A DNA stretch of 64,000 bases from Planctomycetota bacterium (GTDB lineage Bacteria; Planctomycetota; UBA8742; UBA2392), in the NCBI GenBank assembly GCA_019186845.1, contig JABARW010000019.1, positions 1,790-65,789 on the forward strand, given 5' to 3'. The notes beneath the pieces were generated by a model. That model worked only from the letters and a program-made list of their open reading frames with translations, was not told the origin of the DNA and searched no databases. Made by a program: the position numbers and the translations under genes. Shown here one piece after another: positions 32,030 through 42,269 of this stretch (the stretch's first letter is position 1; every line of letters starts with the position of its first letter).

Positions 32030-32746
32030 ATGGACGCAGCGCAACGGGAAATCCTGGCAGCCAACCTCAGGCGTGTGCGCGAACGCATCGCGGCGGCCTG
32101 CGCGCGGGTCAAACGCGACCCCAGGGAAGTCACGCTGATTGCCGTGACCAAGAGCGTAGGGCCGGAGGTGATGCAGGCATTGATTGAGCTTGGCGTGACG
32201 GACATTGGTGAAAACAAGCTGCAGGCGGCGCAGGAGAAATTCCCACAGGTGCCGGGACTTCGCGACCGCGCGAAAGTGAAGAGGCACTTCATCGGCCACC
32301 TGCAGACAAACAAAGTAAAGGGCGTGCTCGAGCTGTTCGACGTGATCCACAGCGTGGATTCGCTGAAGCTGGCCGAAGAGATTGACAAGCGCGCCCGGCA
32401 GCTTGAGCGACCTGCGGTGGCAGCGTTCATTGAGGTCAACGTCTCCGGAGAGGAAAGCAAGCAGGGTTTGCCGGCAGGGGAGTTTCGTGACTTCTTCATG
32501 CAGGCATTGCGCCTGCCGCGCCTGGAGTGGCAGGGACTCATGACGATGGCACCGCTGGCCGAAGGCGACGAGGTGGCCCGGTTCTGCTTCCGGGGGCTCA
32601 GGCAGCTTTCTTCGCCCTTTGCGGGTGAAGAGGCCCTGCTGCGTCTAGCGTACCTTTCCATGGGCATGTCCAACGACTTTGAGCTTGCCATCGAGGAGGG
32701 CGCCACCCACGTGCGCATCGGGACTGCGTTGTTCGAGGGGATGTAG
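32030..32746 (+). CDS. yggS: YggS-family pyridoxal phosphate homeostasis protein
   Basis: VTLIAVTKS, HFIGHLQTNKV, SMGMSNDFELAIEEGATHVRIG. Confidence 0.9.
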   Translation: MDAAQREILAANLRRVRERIAAACARVKRDPREVTLIAVTKSVGPEVMQALIELGVTDIGENKLQAAQEKFPQVPGLRDRAKVKRHFIGHLQTNKVKGVLELFDVIHSVDSLKLAEEIDKRARQLERPAVAAFIEVNVSGEESKQGLPAGEFRDFFMQALRLPRLEWQGLMTMAPLAEGDEVARFCFRGLRQLSSPFAGEEALLRLAYLSMGMSNDFELAIEEGATHVRIGTALFEGM

Positions 32747-32860
32747 CTGGCGGCGCGGCCTTGCTGCCATGCAACCGCTGACCATTCCCGGGATTGCTGT
32801 TACTAACCCCCGCGTTAGAATCTTGGCGACACGAGACTTTGCACCTGATGCGAGACACGA

Positions 32861-33220
32861 ATGCAGGTTGAACTTCTTGTTGGAAAGCTTCACGCCGCGA
32901 CCGTGACGGAATGCCGCCTCTACTACCAGGGCTCCGTCACCATTGACCGCGACCTCAGCGACGCCGTCGGCCTTTTGCCGCACCAGAAGGTCGACATCTA
33001 CAACATCAACAACGGTGAGCGCTTTTCGACCTACATCCTCGAGGGCAAGCGCGGCTCAAAGACCATTGGCCTCAACGGTGCGGCGGCCCGCCTGGTGCAG
33101 GTGGGGGACCGCGTGATCATCGCGGGATTCGGCACCTTCACGCGTGAAGAAGCGCTCAAGCATGAGCCCAGGGTCGCTGTGCTGGACGAACACAACGAGA
33201 TTGTTTCGACGGGACACTGA
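32861..33220 (+). CDS. panD: aspartate 1-decarboxylase
   Basis: LVGKLHAATVTE..YQGSVTIDRDL (Gly-Ser self-cleavage site). 119 aa. Confidence 0.95.
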   Translation: MQVELLVGKLHAATVTECRLYYQGSVTIDRDLSDAVGLLPHQKVDIYNINNGERFSTYILEGKRGSKTIGLNGAAARLVQVGDRVIIAGFGTFTREEALKHEPRVAVLDEHNEIVSTGH

Positions 33221-33279
33221 TCCGTGGTTCGTGATTCGCGATAGCCGAACCACGAAGCAGGCAACACGAGACACCATCT

Positions 33280-34017
33280 ATGACTCGCAGCGACGGCCGC
33301 ACCGAGAACCAGCTTCGTCCCGTGAAGTTCACCCGCCACTTCACCATGCACGCGCCCGGTTCGGTTCTCGTCGAGTTCGGAAAGACCCGTGTGCTGTGCA
33401 CGGCGATGGTAGAAGATGCCGTGCCTCCGCACGTCAAGGCCGCCAATTACCAGAAGAAGCCTGAAGATCGAGAGGGCTGGCTCAGCGCCGAGTACGGCAT
33501 GCTGCCCAGCAGCACCAACACGCGCAAACAGCGAGACAAGGGCGGCAAGGTGGATGGCCGCAGCGTCGAGATTCAAAGGCTCATTGGCCGCTCCCTTCGC
33601 ACCATCATTGACCTAGCCCAGATTGGCGAACGCACGCTCTGGCTCGATTGCGACGTGCTGCAGGCTGACGGCGGCACGCGCACGGCCGCCATTACCGGCA
33701 GCTACGTGGCCCTGTGGGATGCGCTGCTGGCCATGAAAGAGAGGGGTCAGCTGAAGTACTGGCCCCTGATTGACTCCGTTTCCGCCGTGAGCGTCGGCGT
33801 CATCGGCAACGCGCCCATGCTCGATCTCTGCTACGAAGAGGACGTGCGCGCCGAAACCGACATGAACGTGGTCATGACCGGCAAGGGCCATTTCATCGAG
33901 GTTCAGGGCACCGCCGAGAAGGCGCCCTTTGAGCGCAAGCGCCTCGACGAATTGCTTGATCTGGCCGCGCGCGGCTGCACTGAACTCTGCAGGCTCCAGA
34001 AGAAGGCGTTGGAGTAG
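33280..34017 (+). CDS. rph: ribonuclease PH
   Basis: [45 protein letters not shown]. Confidence 0.95.
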   Translation: MTRSDGRTENQLRPVKFTRHFTMHAPGSVLVEFGKTRVLCTAMVEDAVPPHVKAANYQKKPEDREGWLSAEYGMLPSSTNTRKQRDKGGKVDGRSVEIQRLIGRSLRTIIDLAQIGERTLWLDCDVLQADGGTRTAAITGSYVALWDALLAMKERGQLKYWPLIDSVSAVSVGVIGNAPMLDLCYEEDVRAETDMNVVMTGKGHFIEVQGTAEKAPFERKRLDELLDLAARGCTELCRLQKKALE

Positions 34018-34032
34018 CCCGGCGGACGTCTG

Positions 34033-34911
34033 TCAAACCAGCTTGCGGATGCCCGCGGCCAGGGCTGCCGTCAGGTCGATGGCGTTGGTCGGGTGTTCAA
34101 TGGTGTTGCAGGTCGCGATGCGCGCGGGCTTGGCCGCCATCAGCGCCTGCCAGGCGTCCTGAGCGAAAATCGCATGGACGCCGATGCACACCGGCGCGAG
34201 CCGCTTCAATTCCGCCAGGCGGCCAATGGCCGCCACCATGGTCCGCCCCGTCGAGACAATATCGTCGGCCAGCACCGGGGTGTGTCCGGGCCACCGTTCG
34301 ATGCGCGGAATCGTCACCTCGACGTCGCGGTCGCCCCGCCGAGTCTTTTCAAGCGTGGCAAAGGGCGCGCCGATGGCCCCTGCAATCTCGCTGACCCACT
34401 GCTCGCTCTCGCTGTCCGGTCCGATGACCAGGGGGCTCTCCACGTTGGTCTTGATCCAGGCCGCGATCTCCGGCGCGGCATGGACGACGGCGGTCTCGAT
34501 GCTGTAGATCTCGCCCAGGGAGTGATAGCGGTGCAGGTGAGGGTCTACAGTCACCAGCCATTGGAAGGCGCCAGAGAGCAGGCGCGCGAAGGTTCGCGAT
34601 GTCACGGCTTCGCCCCCGAGGAACTGACGATCCTGGCGCAGATAGGCCAGGTAGGGGGCGATGAGTCCGACGCTGGCCGCGCCTTCGGCGCGCAGGGCGT
34701 CTGCCAGAAAGAGCAGGGGCAGGGTTTTCTCGTCGGGACGGTCGAGGCTGGCCACGATGGCGACGTCGCGCCCCTGTACCTCACCGACGCGCAGGTAGGC
34801 CTCGCCGTCAGGGAAGCGGCGCGTCACCGGCGATTCCACCGGCACAGACAGGGCCAGACCCAGGCTTTGAGCCAGGGTCTCGCTGCCTGGCCAGGCGAGG
34901 AGCAGGTTCAT
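34033..34911 (-). CDS. ribose-phosphate pyrophosphokinase family protein
   Basis: PRPP-synthetase-like pattern (RFPDGEAYLRV, VLADDIVSTGRTM). The ATG overlaps the stop of the upstream gene (ATGA). Confidence 0.8.
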   Translation of the reverse strand: MNLLLAWPGSETLAQSLGLALSVPVESPVTRRFPDGEAYLRVGEVQGRDVAIVASLDRPDEKTLPLLFLADALRAEGAASVGLIAPYLAYLRQDRQFLGGEAVTSRTFARLLSGAFQWLVTVDPHLHRYHSLGEIYSIETAVVHAAPEIAAWIKTNVESPLVIGPDSESEQWVSEIAGAIGAPFATLEKTRRGDRDVEVTIPRIERWPGHTPVLADDIVSTGRTMVAAIGRLAELKRLAPVCIGVHAIFAQDAWQALMAAKPARIATCNTIEHPTNAIDLTAALAAGIRKLV

Positions 34912-36443
34912 ACCTGCTCCTCAACGGTCATGAAGACGCTGTTGTGCCGCGCGTATTCCAGCGCGTAGCTCAACTCGCCGGGGGTCTGGGCGTGGATGGT
35001 GTAAAGGGGCTGGCCCTTTTCCACAGTCTGGCCCACGCGCACCTGCATGAGGACGCCGGCCTCCGGCGACTTGGGCGCGCCGGCCAGCTTGGCAATGCGC
35101 GCCAGCTTGCGGTTGTCAGCCCCGGCAATCATGCGGCGCTTGCCGGACACAATGGTGTAGGTGTGCGGCGCCACGCCGGGCTTGCGCATGCCGCCCTGGG
35201 CCTCGCAGATGGCGCAGAACTTCTGCCAGGCGCGGCCGTCGTCCAGGGTGGACAGCGCCAGAGTTTTGCCCTGGCCCAGGGCGGATTTGCCGCCAATTTC
35301 GAGGAGGTGGCCCGCCAGCACGGCGGCGCGCTCGCGCAGGTCCTGAGGGGCGCCCGGGTCGCAGCGCAGCACGGCCAGCACATCCTGGGCTTCGAGGGCG
35401 GGGCCGATGCCCCGTCCCACGGGCTGCGTGCCGTCGGAAAGCACGGTGCGCACAGTCAAACCCACGCCCTGGGCCACGCCTTCGAAGATGCGCGACAGCT
35501 TGGCCGCGGCGTCCGGCGAGCGGACCTTGGCCGTGGGGCCCACGGGCATGTCGAGCACGACATGGGAGGCCCCGGCGGCCAGCTTCTTGGACAAGACGGA
35601 GGCCACGAGCTGGCCTTCGCTGTCGAGGTCCAGGGCGCGCTCCACGCGGATCAGCACGTCATCGGCGGGGCTGAGGTCCGCCGAGCCGCCCCAGACCAGA
35701 CAGGCCCCCTCGCGCTCCACGACGGACCGCATCTGCTCCAGCGTCAGATTGACCGGCGCCAGGGTCTCCATGGTGTCGGCGGTGCCCGCCGGCGAAGTGA
35801 TGGCCCGCGACGAAGTCTTGGGCATGCACAACCCGTTGGCCGCCACGATGGCCACGACGATGGGCGTCGTGCGGTTGCCCGGCAGCCCGCCCACGCTGTG
35901 CTTGTCCAGCACAGGCGCGCGCGGCCAGGTCAGCTGGCGGCCCGCCAGCACCATGGCCCGCGTCAGCTCAGTGATTTCCGGCAGCGACATGTGGTCGCCG
36001 GCGCAGGCCGTGATGAAGGCGGCCAGGTGCACGTCGGCGTAGCGGCCGCCCACGATGTCGCGGATGATGGCGTTGAGGTCGCCGCCGGTGAGTTCGTGGC
36101 CGTAGATCTTCGCGCGCAGGGCGCTGAAGGACTCCACGGGGCTGGGGTGGGAGAAGGCGGCCAGGTCGCCTTCGTGGGGTGAAAGCAGGCGCCAGGCGGC
36201 CTCCGAAAGCCCCACTTCTCCCGCAGACACCAGGTCACCATGCACGACGTTGAGCGTGGCAATGACGCCGTGGCTGTTGACGCTGACGTAGATACGACTC
36301 TGCGCCGTGAAACCCTCCGAGCGGCAGACGGCGCTGTCCGCGCGCAGGTAGGCCACGGGTTCCTGGTGCGTGTCAATGCCCAGCCGCCGCACGCGCAGTC
36401 TTTCCTGGCTGAGCCGATGATTGGCCTCGAGGTCTTCGAGCAT
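34908..36443 (-). CDS. thymidine phosphorylase family protein (long form with N-terminal extension)
   Basis: HSVGGLPGNRTTPIVVAIVAANG, KTSSRAITSPAGTADTME, SVLSKKLAAG. Confidence 0.85.
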   Translation of the reverse strand: MLEDLEANHRLSQERLRVRRLGIDTHQEPVAYLRADSAVCRSEGFTAQSRIYVSVNSHGVIATLNVVHGDLVSAGEVGLSEAAWRLLSPHEGDLAAFSHPSPVESFSALRAKIYGHELTGGDLNAIIRDIVGGRYADVHLAAFITACAGDHMSLPEITELTRAMVLAGRQLTWPRAPVLDKHSVGGLPGNRTTPIVVAIVAANGLCMPKTSSRAITSPAGTADTMETLAPVNLTLEQMRSVVEREGACLVWGGSADLSPADDVLIRVERALDLDSEGQLVASVLSKKLAAGASHVVLDMPVGPTAKVRSPDAAAKLSRIFEGVAQGVGLTVRTVLSDGTQPVGRGIGPALEAQDVLAVLRCDPGAPQDLRERAAVLAGHLLEIGGKSALGQGKTLALSTLDDGRAWQKFCAICEAQGGMRKPGVAPHTYTIVSGKRRMIAGADNRKLARIAKLAGAPKSPEAGVLMQVRVGQTVEKGQPLYTIHAQTPGELSYALEYARHNSVFMTVEEQV

Positions 36444-36514
36444 GGCGCGGCATCATACACCGCTGAGGCGCCGCCACATGTCTGTTCCGCGCGTCGCGCC
36501 CCGCGCGATTTGCG

Positions 36515-37501
36515 TCACGCGAGAAGGGACCGGCCGATGTCCGGCAGAAGCCCAAGCTGGAAGAACAGACGATAGGAGTCCCAGGTGACCCAGGACTGCA
36601 CAATGAGATTATCCTCAAAGCGCTGGATGATGGCGCCCGTGTAGTTGATGGCCTGGCCGCCTGTGGTTATGCCCATGTAGCGGCCCAGGTGCACGCCGCT
36701 GACGCGAAAACGGGTCATGACGCGGTCGCCCGCGGCCAACTGATCCTCGATGTCGATGCGGTAGTTGCCGAAATAGCGGGGGATGGACTCCACGTAGGCC
36801 CTAAGCGCGCTTCTGCTGTCGGCGGCGAAGGCGGGGCTGGTGTTGTCCTCGCGCTGGAAATTCCCGGAGTAACACTCGGCAATCATTTCTTCGCCCCGCC
36901 CCTGGCTGGCCAGTTCCAGCGCGCGACGGACCACCGCCTTGTGGGCCTCAGGATCGACGACCTTGCCGGTGTTGCGCCGCGGCACGGAGCGCCGGTCCGC
37001 GGCGTGATAGGGCGTTCCGGGCTTGGCGGGCACCACCCAGCCGGGGGGCGTGGAGGGCACGGGGGGCGGCACGACATCCAGCTGGATCAAAATGGCCAGC
37101 ATGTCCCATTGGATCCAGATGCGGCGGATCAGGCCTGCCTCGAACTCGTAGATGGTGTTGCCGGTCCAGTTGACCTCACGGCCCGCCGCCCGCGAACCCA
37201 AAAAGCCGCCGCGGTGAATGGCGTGGCCCGTGAAGCGGTTGACTACATGATTTTCGCCGACGGCAAAGGCGTCGTCGAGGCGCAGCGTGTAGCGGTCAAA
37301 GTGGGCATGTACGGCCCGCACCACGGCCTTGGCCAGCGCGGGGCCGCGCCATCCGCCGTCGGGGATGTTGGGGTCTGTGACCTCGCAGTCCGGGTGAATC
37401 AGCTCATCGCAGGCGTCGGAAACTCCGCCTTCAAAGGCCAGGGAGACGAAGCGCCGCATACGACTGACGTTAGCGGTCGCGACTGCGTCTGGCTGGAACA
37501 T
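36515..37501 (-). CDS. tandem SnoaL-like / ester-cyclase family protein
   Basis: Start MFQPDA with GAAGAGG upstream. Two copies of the ester-cyclase-like pattern (..HGxxxGxxxTGRxVxxxGxxIxxFExxLIxxxWxxWD). Confidence 0.65.
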   Translation of the reverse strand: MFQPDAVATANVSRMRRFVSLAFEGGVSDACDELIHPDCEVTDPNIPDGGWRGPALAKAVVRAVHAHFDRYTLRLDDAFAVGENHVVNRFTGHAIHRGGFLGSRAAGREVNWTGNTIYEFEAGLIRRIWIQWDMLAILIQLDVVPPPVPSTPPGWVVPAKPGTPYHAADRRSVPRRNTGKVVDPEAHKAVVRRALELASQGRGEEMIAECYSGNFQREDNTSPAFAADSRSALRAYVESIPRYFGNYRIDIEDQLAAGDRVMTRFRVSGVHLGRYMGITTGGQAINYTGAIIQRFEDNLIVQSWVTWDSYRLFFQLGLLPDIGRSLLA

Positions 37502-37635
37502 TTCTGCCTCTTCGGGCCGTCGATGCGCGGCCAGGTTGCCGAGTCCTGTTGGGCCCAGCGGCAACAAGTCCGCGGGACGCCCATACGGATAGGCGGCGGC
37601 CAGGACACGTCAAGGGACAATTCAGTGTGACAACT

Positions 37636-39483
37636 TCAGGATACGGGGGTCTGAATGCCAATGGTTCCGCTCTGGACGGCCCAGAGGTCGGCATAGACGC
37701 CGCCCTGGGCCACCAATTCGTCGTGGGTGCCTTCTTCTGCCAGGCGGCCATCCTTGAGCACGAGGATGCGGTGGGCGCCGCGAATGGTGCTCAAACGGTG
37801 CGCTATGACCAGGGCCGTGCGCCCGCGCGTGATGGTCGCCAGGTTCTGCTGGATTTCACGCTCCGTCTCCGTGTCCACGCTGCTGGTGGCTTCGTCCAGA
37901 ACCAGAATCGGGGCGTCCTTGAGCAGGGCGCGGGCGATGGACAGCCGCTGGCGCTGGCCTCCCGAGAGCTTGATGCCGCGCTCGCCGACCACGCTGTCGT
38001 AGCCTTGAGGCAAGGTTTGCACAAAGTCGTGGAATTCGGCGGCCCTGGACGCGGCGATGACCTTCTCCAGCAGCGCTTCGCGAAGGCCGCTCGATGCGCC
38101 CATCCCGGCCGATTCGGCGCCGCTGCCATAGGCGATGTTCTCAAAGATGGTGCCGTGGAACAGGTAGACATCCTGGCTGACCAGGGCGATTTGCCGCCGC
38201 AGGTCCACCTGGCGCAGCTCCCGCAGGTCGTGTCCGTCAAGCTTCACGCAGCCCTGGCTGGTGTCGTAAAGCCTCAGCAGAAGCTTGATCAGGGTGCTCT
38301 TGCCCGCGCCCGTGGGGCCGGCGATGCCGATCATTTCGCCCGCGGCCACGGAAAAACTCAGGCCGTCGAGCACGGGAGCTCCGGCGCGGTAGCTGAAGCG
38401 GACGCCTTCAAAGGCGAGGTCGCCGCGGGCGCGTTTGAGTTCGCGCGGCGATTCAGGGTCCTGCACCAGCGCCGGAGTGGCAAGCAGCGAGAAGACGCGC
38501 GAGGCGCTGACCTTGGCGCGCTGGTATTCGTCAAAAGTGGTGCCCAGGCGCGTCAGGGGCCAGAGCAGGCGCTGGATCAGCATGCAGAACATGACCAGTT
38601 CGCCCAGGCTGATGACGCCCTGCACGGCCCACCAGCCGCCCAGCACGATCACGCCGCCAAAACCCAGGGCAATCGCCATGCGGATGATGGGCGTGAACAG
38701 GGCCGTAATGCGAATCGCGCGGTGATTGGCCTCGCGGTAGGCATCGCTGGCCTGTCGCACCCGCTCTAGTTCGAAACTTTCGGCCGTGAAGCTCTTGATC
38801 ACGGCGATGCCGGCGATGTTGTTCTCGAGGCGGGAGGCCACCTCGCCCACGGCGCCCCGGACCTCCTTGTAGCGAGGCTCCATGAGCTTTGAGAACTTGA
38901 GGCTGCCCCAGATGATGACGGGCACGGGGATGAGTCCCACCAGCGCCATGATCCAGTTGGCGCTGAACAGGACGTAGCAGGAGAAGGTGACCAGTACGAC
39001 GAGGTGAACTAGTTCGGCGGCGCCCGAGTTGAGGAAGCGCTCGAGCTGGTTCACGTCGTCGTTGAGCATGGCCAAAGTCTTGCCCAGGCGGTGCTCTTCG
39101 AAGAAGCGGATCTCCCGGCTCTGCATGCGGGCGTAGGCGTCCAGCCGCAGTGCGTGCTGGACGTTCTGGGCCAGGGTCATGAAGCCGTACTGGTACATCC
39201 ACTGGAACAGGCTTTCGAGGCCGAACACGGCCACGGTTAGCAGGGCGACGATGACGATCTGGGTGAAGAGGTCGGTCGAGAGGGCCTGCATGAACGCGGG
39301 GGGCTTGCGCAGTACGACATCCGTGAGCCACGCGACGATGATGGGTGGCGCGAGGTCCAGCACCTTGTTGGCGGCGGCGGAAGTCGCGGCAAAGGCGAGT
39401 CGGCCCTTCATGGGGCGCATGTATGCAAACAGGCGCGCCATCGGTCGGTCCACGGGCAACAGCAGGGGTGCGTCATCAGCCAT
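37636..39483 (-). CDS. ABC exporter, fused permease/ATPase (MsbA-like)
   Basis: GPTGAGKSTL, LSGGQRQRLSIARAL, ILVLDEATS. N-terminal six-helix domain. Start chosen at MADDAP. Confidence 0.9.
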   Translation of the reverse strand: MADDAPLLLPVDRPMARLFAYMRPMKGRLAFAATSAAANKVLDLAPPIIVAWLTDVVLRKPPAFMQALSTDLFTQIVIVALLTVAVFGLESLFQWMYQYGFMTLAQNVQHALRLDAYARMQSREIRFFEEHRLGKTLAMLNDDVNQLERFLNSGAAELVHLVVLVTFSCYVLFSANWIMALVGLIPVPVIIWGSLKFSKLMEPRYKEVRGAVGEVASRLENNIAGIAVIKSFTAESFELERVRQASDAYREANHRAIRITALFTPIIRMAIALGFGGVIVLGGWWAVQGVISLGELVMFCMLIQRLLWPLTRLGTTFDEYQRAKVSASRVFSLLATPALVQDPESPRELKRARGDLAFEGVRFSYRAGAPVLDGLSFSVAAGEMIGIAGPTGAGKSTLIKLLLRLYDTSQGCVKLDGHDLRELRQVDLRRQIALVSQDVYLFHGTIFENIAYGSGAESAGMGASSGLREALLEKVIAASRAAEFHDFVQTLPQGYDSVVGERGIKLSGGQRQRLSIARALLKDAPILVLDEATSSVDTETEREIQQNLATITRGRTALVIAHRLSTIRGAHRILVLKDGRLAEEGTHDELVAQGGVYADLWAVQSGTIGIQTPVS

Positions 39484-39641
39484 GGCGCCACTATGCAACC
39501 CCCGCGCCGCCGAAGAAGTACCTGTACCTCGAAACCTGCCGGTGCGGCGGCGCGAGTCAACGCGGACATGGCTTGCCGTTAGCAATGCAGCAAGGCCCGA
39601 GAACCGCTGGCTTTTCTGCAGCAGTGCGGAGGAGCCTCAAC

Positions 39642-41330
39642 CTATCGGACGACCTTCGCGTTGCGATTGATGCTCTTGCAGTCCAGGGTGACGTCCGGGG
39701 CAGCGTTCCTGAGGTCTACCGTGACCAGCTTGCTGGTGGCCGCGCCTGACTTGGTCTCCACGAGCGCGACCATGTAGTCTCGCGCGGGCAGGTTCGTGAA
39801 GGTGGTGAGGCCGGATGCCGGGACGTCCTTCATCTCCAGCGGGGCCCCGAGACCTTGAGGGTGAATCAAGGTGACCCGGTAGCTTTCGCCCGCTTCCATG
39901 TTCTCGACGCGGACCGCAAGGGTTCCCCGGGCTGGTTTCAGACGCACCAAACCCAAGTCGAGCATTTCGCCAGAGATGAGTATCACTTCCCTGGTTTCTA
40001 CCTCGTGCTGGGCGGCCGCCACCTCCAACGTGACAGTTCCAGCGGCTACCCCCTCCAGAAGCGCCTGTCCCTGCGCGTCGGCCAGACCTTGTCGGCCTGC
40101 TGCCTGCTTGGCCGGAAATGCAGCGTAGGCGCCGTCTTTGAGGCGAACCACTGCGCCAGGCAGCGGAGCCCCGGCCTCGTCTGTGATCATGACCCGCACA
40201 CCGGCGGGCGGTTCAAAGCGTGGCTGCAACCGGGTGACCTCGGCCGGTTTCACCTCGAAGACCTGCGAACGCCAAATCTTGATTCCGGAGGAAACGGTCA
40301 ATTCGTACTTGCCGGGGTTTACCGCCTTGATGACATCCACAGTGCCCGGCGGCCGGGATGATGACCCGTCTACGCGGGAGCGGCTGGAGTCAACGGGAAA
40401 CAGACGACGCTGATATCTCGCACTGGGCTCGGCCTCGCTCAGATCAATTTCAACCCAACCATCCGGGTTTTTGGAACGCTGCAACACCATGTAAAGCGTC
40501 GTGCCCGCGCGAAGGTCACCGGGCTCAAACACCTTCGTCTGGCTTCCATAGCCAATTCTCTCGTCATCGGTAATAACTCGCAACGGAAGCGTGGGATCGA
40601 TGCCGGCAAAGCTGCCATTACCATCCGATACGGAGGCCCGATCGGAGTATCCAACAGCCATGGTCGACAGACGGCCCGAGTAGGGCAGCCCATCGTCATA
40701 TTCAACACGCACATTCACAGGAATGACTTCGAAAGCCGCAAGCTGGATATTCTGGTCCGTACTGATATTACCTTGCCCCCATTGCTCGCAACGCCATCCC
40801 TTCTGCTCGGGCTTGATGGATACGCCCGAGCCGCGTGGAACTGTTACGGCGCAGCGCCCCTGGGAGTCCGTGACAAGGTCGTGCCCCCCGGCCAGGGCCC
40901 GCAGTTTCTCATGCGGCATCAATTCGAAAGGAATATTCACCTGGGCCCAGACAGTAAAGCCGGGCAGAGGGGTGCCATCCCGCCGGGTGATGGTGGCGCG
41001 AATCGTGAACAAATCGACTTCCGCAGCCTTGCCCCCCTCTGGAACGGCGGGCCGCAGCACGGAGGGTGAGGGCTGAACTCCGCTCTCTCCTTGCCCGGAA
41101 GGCTTGCCTGCGGGAACGCCAATCTTGTCCCCCTTCGCTCCCCCCGCCGGTCCCTCCTTCGGACCCGATACCTGGTCCACGACTCGGGCAAGTGGGCTGT
41201 GGCGGGGCCAAGCCACCTGCACGACCAGCAGAGCCAGGAGAAGCGCGGCAAGAACCAGCAACAGCGACAGCCATGAACGGCCTGAGCGCTGAGGCGCGAC
41301 TTCAGATGAGTTGTCGGGCACTGGTTTCAC
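39642..41330 (-). CDS. secreted/membrane-anchored protein with carboxypeptidase-regulatory-like domains
   Basis: N-terminal TM helix (WLSLLLVLAALLLALLVV). Repeated I-T-D/R-x-D-G-x-P-L-P-G segments (ITRRDGTPLPGFTV, ITDEAGAPLPGAVV). Confidence 0.65.
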   Translation of the reverse strand: MKPVPDNSSEVAPQRSGRSWLSLLLVLAALLLALLVVQVAWPRHSPLARVVDQVSGPKEGPAGGAKGDKIGVPAGKPSGQGESGVQPSPSVLRPAVPEGGKAAEVDLFTIRATITRRDGTPLPGFTVWAQVNIPFELMPHEKLRALAGGHDLVTDSQGRCAVTVPRGSGVSIKPEQKGWRCEQWGQGNISTDQNIQLAAFEVIPVNVRVEYDDGLPYSGRLSTMAVGYSDRASVSDGNGSFAGIDPTLPLRVITDDERIGYGSQTKVFEPGDLRAGTTLYMVLQRSKNPDGWVEIDLSEAEPSARYQRRLFPVDSSRSRVDGSSSRPPGTVDVIKAVNPGKYELTVSSGIKIWRSQVFEVKPAEVTRLQPRFEPPAGVRVMITDEAGAPLPGAVVRLKDGAYAAFPAKQAAGRQGLADAQGQALLEGVAAGTVTLEVAAAQHEVETREVILISGEMLDLGLVRLKPARGTLAVRVENMEAGESYRVTLIHPQGLGAPLEMKDVPASGLTTFTNLPARDYMVALVETKSGAATSKLVTVDLRNAAPDVTLDCKSINRNAKVVR

Positions 41331-41359
41331 GGGTCATCTCGGTTTCTCAGTCAGCTCAG

Positions 41360-42129
41360 TCAGTCCAGAAGCCACATGCCAAGGAGCAACTTGCCGTCAA
41401 ACGCATAGGCGTAGCCCCCATTGCGTCCCCACCCATAGGCGGGATTTCCTTCATTCACAATGCCCGTAACCTCATCGGTATCGTGTGACGAATAGAGGGC
41501 AATCTGTGTGCCGGATGCATAGGTGAATTGAAACGCCGCCTGGTTCAAGGTCTTACCTTCCGAGCCGCCCGGCCCCAATAAGTTAGGCCGCCCTCATTGA
41601 TAATTTTCCCGTCAAAAGTGACTGTTTCTCCGCCAACCGTTGTATTCCATGTGTACTTCTCTTCACTCTCTTCGTTGGCGACCTTTGCCTCGTAGCCATC
41701 TTCGTACGAAAGAGCCCCCCTTGCTGCGACCCATCCGCGGGCTCGGGCCCAGTACTCATCTTCAATCGCATCGTCGCAAGAACCCCATGCGTAAACCTTG
41801 GTGGCACCTTCGGCATAAATTATCCAAAGGGGCTGCTCTGCACCGTCGATGACGCCGGTTACCACCTCCTCGTCGCCTGCCGTCACACTCCAGTTCTGCG
41901 CATTCTGTGTTGTAATGGTCCCCTTCCCGTAAGTCTGACAAGGAGAGAACCCGACGTAGGCCGCGTCCAGGTACTCCGAAGGTCCAGCGTAATAGGGGCC
42001 TCCGTAGTCCACCTCGCTGGGAGTGATGTTCACGACTGCAGTGGCAGCATCGATTCCTACTGCTCCGAAAATCAAAGTCGCAGATGCCAAAGCAGCAAGC
42101 ATGGCACAGGAAACCAAAGGAATCTTCAT
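41360..42129 (-). pseudogene. small secreted protein split by a frameshift (or sequencing error) near 41575
   Basis: The MKIPLVSCAMLAALASATL signal peptide ORF (GAGGA upstream) ends at 41545. A second frame opens within the TATTGGGGCCGGGCGGC run and continues GPGGSEGKTLNQAAF..GMWLLD to 41360. The two pieces read as one protein after a 1-nt shift. Confidence 0.5.
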
Positions 42130-42269
42130 CAGTTTTTCCTCGTTCGATTGAGAAGTGTGGTGAGTGTACCCCCCCGAATCTGTCAAGCAGACTGCGCAAA
42201 AAATAGATGGTACGGCTGGGAAATCGTCGCATAACAGCCCCGGAGGGCACGTGGGCATGGCCCATGGGG

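Noticed and set aside
30111-32138. 675-aa plus-strand ORF
   Set aside because: It is antisense to lysS, which has unambiguous class II aaRS motifs. Shadow ORF.
41348-41369. CTCAGTCAGTCCAGAAGCC resembles the element motif CAGTCAGTACCCAGAAGCC (57271..)
   Set aside because: The match needs a 2-nt gap and occurs only once, in a core intergenic spacer with no other element-like feature. I treat it as chance unless a genome-wide count says otherwise.
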